From Yuukianura sp. NJ FZ-2021 (Eukaryota), in the NCBI GenBank assembly GCA_046563655.1, contig CM102285.1:10540001-10604000 (forward strand): a stretch of DNA of 64,000 nucleotides. Reading direction: 5' to 3'. A model generated the notes under the pieces. The model saw nothing but the letters and a program-made list of their open reading frames with translations. It was not told the origin of the DNA and searched no databases. Below, in pieces: positions 55,163 through 64,000 of this stretch; the first letter of the stretch is position 1, and every line of letters begins with the position of its first letter. The position numbers were made by a program, and so were the translations under genes.

Positions 55163-56707
55163 CTGCAAACCAAAATCACATTTACTAAGCAATTAAGTTG
55201 CAGCTTAAGTTGAGAATTATAATTTATTGACGTATCTCACCAAAGATAGACACAGAACACAAGACTTGCAATTAAACCAATGAATCCTACGATTAGGAAG
55301 GCAATTCCGCAATACCTGTGAACAAGAACAAAAAATTAAAATAAGCATTAGCAAATGATGTACAAATAAAATTGCAACAGTGCTATTCTTGACAAATTGA
55401 TAGAATCAATAATTATGCGAATTTCCTTGGGAGGGGTTACATTCCTTTATAAGGAGACGCTAAGGACACATTACGCATAAATTGCTAAACACAACATAAG
55501 GTCATGCTTTTTTGTAAACATTTGAAATTTCCAAATGAAATAAGGCAGTTCAAAATCCAAGCTTTACATAAACAAAAAACTAAACTAAATTTCGAAAACT
55601 TTCTCTTTTCAAAGAACCGGTGGAACATTTCCAATTGAAGAAAATGCGTTGGAAAATTAATCAGACTAAAACAAAATGACTGAAAATAGCACTAAAATTG
55701 GGAATTACCATACGAAAGGTGGATCATAGAGTTGCAAAACAATTGAAAATCCCAGTGTGACCAAAATTAGACCCAAGTTGACCAGGACCATGAGACAACA
55801 AACCCCTTTGGTATTTGGACAAAACGGATTTGGAGCAGCCATTGTTTCTACCACGACTCCACCCTGTCTCGACGTTTTCGTTTTAACGGAAGACAGTTCC
55901 GACGGAGCTCTGCTTTTGTTTCCAGCAGAGTAATGGCTGCAATTAAAAAACAGAGAGAAAGTTTCAAACATCAAAAGATTTGGCACAACACTAATAATAT
56001 AGTAGGCAGAATTTCAAAATTTTGATAAAATGTTAGAATATGAATCTAACTTTCTCTTGACACTTGGTTAGTCCACTGGAACGAAGAAGTTGGACCACGA
56101 AGTCTAACCTGTAAATGGATCCAGGCGGACCAGGACGGCGTTGCTTCCTAAAAGTTGAGTCTGTTACGTACATTTCCGACTCATCTTTTTCGTCTCTAAA
56201 TCTTTCCGGAATGTCGGGCATTCTGGAAGCGGAAGAAAGGTAATCGGAATGACTCAGATGATTATTATGCTGGCTGTAAAACCGTGGATTCGCTTCCTCC
56301 TGGGAAACGTAATGGACTCGGACCGTTGGTTCGTGGTAATTAGTTCTATTGTTATTTTGGATTTTCTTGGTAGACTGAGGAACATAGCCTCCTGCCGAGG
56401 AATAGGAAACGACACTGCTACTGCCATCGTCCGTATCTTGGTCATCCTCCCTTCTCGTTCTACTGAATTGCGATCGTGGGTTGCCTCGAGTAGTTCTGGA
56501 AGGCACTTGATCACTTACTTGTCGGCCCACGCGACCTGACGTATTAGAATGATTATGTTGGTGATGCGTCGTCGAACGGTGGTGGTTGGCGTAAGGTTGG
56601 CCGTGCCTTGCGTCGTCCCACTCAGGCCCATCGTAGTAGGCATCGCTTTCAAAGCGTGGACTACTAGTCCTTGGCAATTGTCTCTCAACATGTCGATCCC
56701 CGCGCAT
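54913..56707 (-). CDS. Unnamed two-transmembrane protein with long polar N-terminus; join(56109..56707,55709..55936,55241..55315,54913..55162), about 383 aa
   Basis: Three phase-2 GT-AG introns give one open frame: polar N-terminus, then APNPFCPNTKGVCCLMVLVNLGLILVTLGFSIVLQLYDPPFVWYCGIAFLIVGFIGLIASLVFCVYLCRE (two hydrophobic helices, short loop), then GELYWTHHWQKRI. Start codon is the least certain part. Confidence 0.85.
55241..55315 (-). CDS. Two-TM protein exon 3 (TM2), not in the ORF track
   Basis: ttcttgttcacag|G TAT TGC ... YCGIAFLIVGFIGLIASLVFCVYL TG|gtgaga. Confidence 0.88.
55709..55936 (-). CDS. Two-TM protein exon 2 (TM1)
   Basis: ttttttaattgcag|C CAT TAC ... DPPFV TG|gtaatt. Confidence 0.88.
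56109..56707 (-). CDS. Two-TM protein exon 1
   Basis: ATG at 56707, 199 codons + AG|gttaga; GC-richer than flanks. Confidence 0.8.
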
Positions 56708-59680
56708 CCTCTAGTTGTTTTGGAATCAGGCTAACGTAGATTCACACAGTAATTAACACGCCTTGCAAAGGGAAGTGTTATGGCACAAACTTATGGGACT
56801 TCTTCCTTGTGGGAATTTTGGAGCTTCTTGGCAGAAATTCAGAGCATGTAGGCGACTGTTGTCGAACTGAACTTCCTTGCAACTCCTTTTCTGCCTTGAG
56901 CCTGTCCTGTTCCTTCTGTAAATTGGAATTATTATCAAACAAGGCCTTTTACATAAGAGCCACTTTCACTTTTTTGATGAGCATGTGAATGCCCTCGGCC
57001 TAACTCAAGGGGTAAGCACGACTGCCTACCAGCTTCAAATTCAGCAAAGCGACATTCCTCAAGTGGAAATGGCGTTCTCCTTTAAATTCAACGCCAAATC
57101 TGAAGTTGTCCGTGAGAAAAGTGACAAATTTTGAAAATTTGGTAGTTGATAAGTTATGTTAGAAGTGGTTAACTGGAAATTGGTGAAGGGGGAGGCTAAA
57201 ACTGGGAATAAATCCCACAGGTGTGAACGGAAGAGCCTGTTTGAATTCCTCTGTGTTCATTTCCTGAAGGACGTGCCATTATTACAGTCATTTGGACTAT
57301 GGTTTCTACAGTATGAGTCTCTTAAGTGTTATGGTTAGGGGTTATACCATGGTTTATGTTGAGATTTTAATATAAGTTGCTCATCTAGAACCTGTTTGCA
57401 ACAATGGACGGATGAGGAGATCACCATACTTTCCATTTCGCTACACTTGGAGGTGGCTTGATCTTCACGAGACTGTCTTTACTGCAGTACTTCTAACTCT
57501 TGAAACATGAAATGGCAAAGCATCATTTCCTATGGCCTAAGCTTTAGTATAAAACTTAAGTCTACGTCAGAAAAAAAATCTCAGACATGCAATGATGCTC
57601 CAAATTTGGACATTCAAAATGTTTTCTAAATTAAAAACAAAATCTAAATTTTGCAAATACGCCCCTCCAAACTCGCAACCCGTTCGTTATCTTACAATAA
57701 GAGTTCAGTTTGATGAAGCGGTTAAGGTAAATTATGACAGTCTTAACCTAAGCTAACAATTGCATTGCAACCACCATTGTGAGCACGCAGTGATCGTACC
57801 GACGCCATTTTTGACCGCTCAGTGGTTACAATGGATTCAATTCAGGTTTACCCCAACCGACTGTTCCTAATATTTGTTTTAGATTGATACTATTAAAATT
57901 TGGATTTGAAATCGAAAATTTTCGCTTACGTCTATCATGTATGGCCTAATTCCAGACAATACTAAAGAGGAAAGGTTTTGAAAAAGAAAGCATATTTCGT
58001 TAGAAATAATTTTCATAGCATGCTTGACACAAAACAACCCGTCTGAGAAGAAGGTTTTTCCTGCAATGTCTATTAATCCTGAAAACTTTATTAATTTTTA
58101 AATTCTGATTAGCTCCTACATTTCCTCGCAATTTTCCCTTGTTCCATCCTTTTTAAAAATTCATCACTTTCACCCAATTGCATGTTGCTATTCAACAATC
58201 TACTTCCTTTTAGAACTACACAACTAACCTCTGGAGATTAAATCTTTCTCTATAATACCTTAGTCTTAAGAACTATACAGTACGATTCAAATTGTTAATT
58301 AAATCTCAGAATTCAAGAAAATGAAACACATTTTAAGACTATAGAAAATGAAACATACTTTAACACTGTATTAGCCTGTGAATTTCAAAACAAAATGCTC
58401 CATAAAGTGAGAAATTAAGACTATTTGTTCTAAGACTGCGTTCTCGTTCTGCTTTCATTTGTAACAATTGAAATTAATTAGGCTTTTAATGATGAATCAA
58501 TTTTCAAACAGGAATATGGCTAAGAAAGAAGAAATTTTATTAAAACAAAATTGTAAATCCTTAGGAGCTGTTTATTGCTGTCTGTAAAATAGATTTTGCA
58601 AATTATTCTAATAAACTCTAAAGTCGAAGTTCGCAGAAGGAATAAAGCAGGACAGTTAAAGGTAAAAGAGAAAGTTTTCCTTTGGGTAAGTTTCACTTGA
58701 ACGCACGCGCCAAGGCTAAAGGTGGAGAATTGTAGTATGTTTTTACCCGGCAAAAATCTACTGAGGGAGGGCTGTTTATAGTTCCTCGGATCTTAATGTT
58801 TTCAGTCTTGAGTTGGTTTTTGTTGTAAACAGGCACGAGCGGATCTTAGGCAAAAGATTTGCAAATACAACTCTGTTGAGTCAGATCCAGAACCTTCAAA
58901 CTGTGAAAGTGATTTTCGAAATTTGGAAAAGTTTGGTACGAAAAGGTTTTGGAAAGTAATTCCCCTTGGCCTAATGTATACAAAATTTTGAAGTAGTAAA
59001 AAAATTTCCAGAGAAAGTTTTGGGTTCGATTCTAAGAAAACAAGTTTGTTGGAGCAATGTTGAACTTTCGGTTATCAAAAAATTTCAGTTTTTGGAAAAA
59101 GTACTTTATAGCTCGACTCAAAAAATCCATTTCTCTATCTGCAGTAATTGATTTGTGACTCAGAAATTGACTGCTCCATTTTCTTGTTCAGAAAACCGTT
59201 TTTCGAAAGTGAGTTACGATTGTGTAGGTTGAAGATGATCAGCAGGAGCTAAAAACTTTGGATGTTGTGCGTCTAATAGGAAGTAAGCTACAAGCAGAAC
59301 CAGAACTTTGATAAGAATGATTTATTGGCACTTGCAATTTATTGTTGCCGAGAGTTAGCCAAAAACCAGATTTTTCTTTTGGAAAAGGCTTTTCAAACTT
59401 CATTTTCAGTCAGCAGACATCGGACGCAGCGGGAGAAGGAGAGAAATACAAAAAACTCAACGTTTCGTTTAAAAAAAAACAACAAATTTTATTTTTAGAA
59501 ACAAGTGGACTGTTTCTACTGTTTGTGTTAAAGGGAGCAATTAATTGTCTCGGGGAGGCTAAGTGCAAAAGGAAGCCGTAGGAATTGGAGTATCCTGGCT
59601 TACTCAAGGCCTCGAGCGCCATCAAATTGACGCTGGAGCTCCTGCAAATCAATAACAACGGCAAGCAGCGTCGGGTGACG

Positions 59681-59709
59681 ATGGCCACGACGGACGGAGA
59701 CCCTGAATG
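59681..59709 (+). CDS. KCNQ: Probable KCNQ first coding exon (MATTDGDPE)
   Basis: acgATGG context at the end of a GC-rich stretch; TG|gtatgt donor, phase 2, joins the next exon as TGT. No homology support for this exon. Confidence 0.55.
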
Positions 59710-61938
59710 GTATGTCATGTCAAAAAACGAAAAAAAAGCAAGACAGCAGAATCCTTTTATACAATTTTCAAATTGAATATGAGTCCATAAGATCACTTTC
59801 TCCTGCCTCGTTTTCTATTTGAAAGCCCACGTTTCTATTTTTCAAAAGAGCATCATCTGTTGATTCTCACATTTTTCGTAGTCTGTCATTTTCATAATAT
59901 TGATTCAATAAAGTGTCTAACTTGCTCAACAAGTACTTCCTCAATTTCAATTTTCGGAAACAATATCCCTCGTTTCTTACTTTTCTATTTTCCAATGTCC
60001 TAACATTTGATTAGAGTAAGCAAATAAGTTCAAGACAAAATTTTTACACCAAAAACCCCGGAACCTTTTGTGGCAGCTTTCGTCGTAAGTGTAAACGAGA
60101 AGGAAGCCTAATGAACTGATGATAGAATAGAAAACTGATAGTTTCAACTGTGAGAAAATGGAAAAAGTTCTGAGTCCACGACGATAATTTCTAATTAAGG
60201 GCAAACACCAACTTTCACTAAAAAAAGTTAGTGAAAAATAATTAACAAAATAATTCACTTTCTTTCGGAAAACTTGAACCAGAAGACACTTTAATGTGAA
60301 AACTCAAGAAACTTATCCAAGGAACAAAATTCAATTCTTTTTTCAGATTTTATCAGATCGATCAATTATTCAACCGATTTACTGTTGACGTCGCTTGGTT
60401 AAGATTGGTGTTTGGAATATTACGACACACTTAAAACTTTAAAGTACTGTAAAAAAAACTTTCTAACAAGTGAAAGTCATAAACGGTTTCATGAGTTCAA
60501 AATTTGGTCCAAGGAAGAGTCGCTGTAACTTTTGTTTTTATTAGTTTTTGAAAAAAGTGAGAGAACTAGCAGGCCTTTTCACAGATCAGGGCAACTTTAA
60601 TTCAGGTTTTAAAAAATTATGAAGTTGGTTTAGGTTATGGATTAATGAAAGGGAAGGGCTGGAAGTGAAAGTGGCAGGGAACGGGTGGAGGTTAGTGATT
60701 TCATCATGCCTTTGCATCAAAGGACTCATCAATCATGACAAGCCAGAATCTATTATAACGGAACCAAAGCGGTAAAGGTAAACACTTCCAAGCGGTTGCA
60801 CAGGGAATGCGGGACGACGGAGATGAATAGAAAGTTGAGGTTTTCCCGAAGGAGGTTGAGGCTTAGCAAAAATAACAAAAGATCGACTTATGGAAGTGAA
60901 AGCTCTTTCTCTTTATTATTTCAACAGTTTTCATAGGAAATAGGCGAAAGCCAATGTGTTATTATTCATCTCCGCCTTTCTTCAGCATAATAAGACAGGG
61001 GAGAAAGGAGAAAGTTTAAGTGGCCCGTTCGGTCCTTCGTAGCGAACATAATGGAAAACATATGAGGAACAGACACACTTTTGAGTCTCTCCGTTTCATT
61101 AAAATTCAATTTCTACAAAGTTGGATTTTATTTTGTGACAGTATAACTTAACTTTAAGTCAAAAACGACGTGAATTTAACTTTTCTTAACAAAAAAGAGA
61201 AAGGAAAAGAAATTGGAAAGCAATTTAAGAATCCACAAAATTTGGGGTTTTAACTGCTCAGACCTGTCTAAGTTGATTTTGGTAAAGGTGTAAGTGGTTT
61301 TTAATCCTTTTAACCCTAATGTCTTTGTGCCATTTTTTTCGTCTGCTATTTCACATGTCACTTGTGGTTGTCATTGAACTTTGAACTTTCTAGTCCACCA
61401 GACAAGGATGCAGGAACAATGCCTCTGAGCTCAGCATCTCTAATCCATCAACGCAAAAGTCTTCTGGGAAGACCTTTAGGACTCAGGTGAGTACTTTCCT
61501 TGAAGTTGTTTTATTAGTACCGCCAAAGCAGCCTTTTAAATACGGACGGAGAAAGATTACAACTTGTACCCACTTTCACTTTTACGATCATAAGTCACAC
61601 TTTCACGAAAAAGTGAATCTTCCATTTATTACTTCCTCAAAAGGACTGACACAGACAGGAATAAAGTTTGACTAGGAAAACTTTTATACTTTTGGCACTT
61701 TTAAATCTATCTGCGTCTAAAACGAAATGTCAAAATGTCGCTCCGTTATGATTCGTGAAGTGCAGGGAAAGTTCTTCTACATCTTTTTTTCCTTTCAGTT
61801 TGGTGAACATGTTGTGATTGTTTAAAACGTTTTCAGATCCAGCAGACGAGATGCTCGATACAGAAAGTACCAGGCGAAGCTGTACAACTTTCTGGAGAGG
61901 CCACGTGGACCTAAAGCAGTTGTCTACCACGTCATCAT
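59681..61938 (+). CDS. KCNQ: KCNQ (Kv7) voltage-gated potassium channel, 5' part only; join(59681..59709,61394..61486,61837..61938), gene continues beyond window
   Basis: Spliced peptide ...QRKSLLGRPLGLRSSRRDARYRKYQAKLYNFLERPRGPKAVVYHVI carries the KCNQ pre-S1 signature YNFLERPRG...YH. No S1 exon found in 61939-64000. Confidence 0.9.
61394..61486 (+). CDS. KCNQ: KCNQ N-terminal exon
   Basis: ctttctag|T CCA CCA ... PPDKDAGTMPLSSASLIHQRKSLLGRPLGL AG|gtgagt. Confidence 0.85.
61837..61938 (+). CDS. KCNQ: KCNQ pre-S1 exon
   Basis: ttttcag|A TCC AGC ... SSRRDARYRKYQAKLYNFLERPRGPKAVVYHVI AT|gtaagc. Confidence 0.93.
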
Positions 61939-62244
61939 GTAAGCTCCACGTTCTAAACACTTTAGCACTTTAAGTTTACGGTTTAAGCTAAGTAAGCAGT
62001 AAGCAATGTGCTATAGGCAGGCAGGAAGCAGTAACTTAGAGACCAACGTGGAAAACATGTTGAAAACTTAAGTTCGCCTCAAAATAGTTTAGAAATTGCA
62101 AGCCTATTTTTAGAAAAGTGAACCCGCCCTCTCACAAGGTTCGCAAATGATCAACCACGAGGGTGGTAATGGTAAAAGCTTAGCTGAATTTTTCCAATGG
62201 TGCAACTATGCTAACCCGTGACGCTTTACTGGACGTCAAATGAC

Positions 62245-62264
62245 GTTTGACGTTAACGTCAAAC
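62245..62264. repeat. Perfect 20-bp palindrome
   Basis: GTTTGACGTTAACGTCAAAC equals its own reverse complement. Confidence 0.9.
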
Positions 62265-64000
62265 CTATGCTATTTAAGTTTAAATTTAACAGAACCATTA
62301 CAGTTTTTGTGGTGATCAGGATCGGTAAAAGCAGTGTAGTCAAAATGTATTTGTGTGCTAATTCATTTTTATTTGATTTTTTGTAATTTAATTAGAGTAG
62401 TTAACTTTTGCAAGTCCTCCGCTAATACTCATGTTGTGGGCATCCATTAGCTTTTATTGATCAAAAAACTTTCCTTTGTTCATTTTACTACTCTTAATTT
62501 TCAAAATTTGAAATATGGACCTCCACCGTTATACAAAGTACGCAATTTGTTCATACGTAAACTCAATTTGTTGATGTCAAAAACTGTTCTTAAGTGGACT
62601 CCACCCTTTTCGTGTCACGACTCAAAAATTCCAGGAAGTTCATGACACAATGACATCCATGACACGAGTCCTGTTCCACAGAATTGGCGTACAACACCTA
62701 ACGGGTCTAGCGTCACTGGGCCACGAGTGACTGAGTGAGTGTAGTGGAGGAGGACGGATGACGCTTCCAGGGAAAACTTCTTAGAAAGCATTAGAGCACG
62801 CAGATCTTTGAGACAGTTTTTGTATAGCCACATTGTCATTTCCCTGGAAAAAGCTGCCCTTTTTAAACATTAGGGCTAAACTGATTTGCAGAGGAGAAAG
62901 TAATGGAATGACGTCTCCCTATTTTCAGTTTTCTCTTTGAAAAAAAAGCACAACGACCATCAACGTGCATGGAATAACGGAACTCTTAGAGTGAGGAGCA
63001 CAAAAGCTCGAACTTTACCATTTTTATTTAAATTCACCACGCAGGAAACTAATTCGAACAGAGTGCTTTCCCTCGCAAACTTTCTATTTATTCCGGTTCT
63101 GTTTGCCTGCAGCTTGACTTGAACAAATAATAGTGACATGGCGAGCTGAGTAGGCCTAATTAGGCCGGAGTACTAATTACGCGGACTCGCGCTTATAGCT
63201 CAGTTATTCCAACGTGTTAGGCTCGCTTTTCCATTCAAACAATTCTGTCGTGCCGAATTATGTACCAAACGTTAGTATCGAAATTCCAACAAAAAGGTAT
63301 CCGTAAAACTAGAATTTGCAATAAGTATGCACAAAATAGGTTATTCAATTACGTGTGTATTTAGGTTAATGATACGTTAAGTCCTCAATGACATGATAAA
63401 ACAAACATCTCCTTACAGTTTCGCATCTAGGCAGAGCTAAATTCACTAAAATGTATCTTCTGACTAATGAAATTCTAGAAATAATTGAAAAGTATGTCAC
63501 GCAAGAATGAAATTTAGAGCAAAAGAAAATTTAAGAAACGCTTCAACTCAAATTTTAAATTGAAAATCGGTGTCATGACTGTATAATGCGCTGAAACTTT
63601 TGAATGAGAAGTACGTGACCCATCGTGTATATAAATTGTGGTTTAAATATTTGAGAAAGTTTTGAGTCTAAGTGACTAACTTGACGGTCACTGACGTTAT
63701 GGCATATGAAGTAGAATAGTGAAAGTCACTTTGGTTTGGTTTCACAAACTAGGGAGAAAGTAAACATTAAAATGAACCTGTGAAATTCAAAATCGTGCGT
63801 AGAATTAGATCGACTAGATTGAAATGTCAATTCAAACTTTTTCCTCGAAATTTGTCGGAAGTTGGGCGTCCCTCTATAGTCTGTGCTTGACAGTAACGAA
63901 TGCATCCCCCGCAAATGCAGTTCATTTTAAACTAGAAATGGCACATTTGGCAAATCTCTCTTCATGTCAAAAGGCAAACAAAGGATCGCGTTTCCCTCAA

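Noticed and set aside
45258..56707. The ABHD12-like and two-TM gene models both total 1152 nt
   Set aside because: Unrelated sequences; numerical coincidence.
59410..59796. 128-aa minus-strand ORF
   Set aside because: Antisense to the GC-rich probable KCNQ first exon; no recognisable product.
1..64000. Prokaryote-type systems (CRISPR arrays, operons, defence islands), tRNA/rRNA genes, transposase or reverse-transcriptase ORFs
   Set aside because: No regularly spaced repeats, structural RNA signatures or such ORFs were seen; the sequence is spliceosomal-intron eukaryotic DNA.

Overview
AT-rich, intron-containing eukaryotic DNA, almost certainly arthropod (it carries an NR0A knirps-family gene); the species cannot be assigned from the sequence. 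Four protein-coding genes can be built by hand from splice sites and reading phase: (1) a knirps/knirps-related/eagle-family nuclear receptor without a ligand-binding domain (minus strand, exons 9616-9693 and 6645-8414, 615 aa); (2) an ABHD12-like alpha/beta-hydrolase lipase (plus strand, 7 exons, 45258-47135, 383 aa) whose frame requires a GC-AG intron; (3) a two-transmembrane protein I cannot name (minus strand, 4 exons, 54913-56707, about 383 aa); (4) the 5' exons of a KCNQ (Kv7) potassium channel (plus strand, 59681-61938, continuing past the window), whose two diagnostic exons are absent from the ORF track. About 35 kb upstream of the knirps-family gene has no recognisable coding sequence and looks like a cis-regulatory domain. 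The most notable unexplained signals are two minus-strand 3' splice sites fused directly to 5' splice sites (candidate recursive-splicing points), a strongly over-represented TAAGGGYYC motif, and a CRE-like palindrome cluster in a KCNQ intron. No rRNA, tRNA, CRISPR or recognisable transposon was seen, and nothing here amounts to a demonstrated new biological system; the findings are hypotheses.
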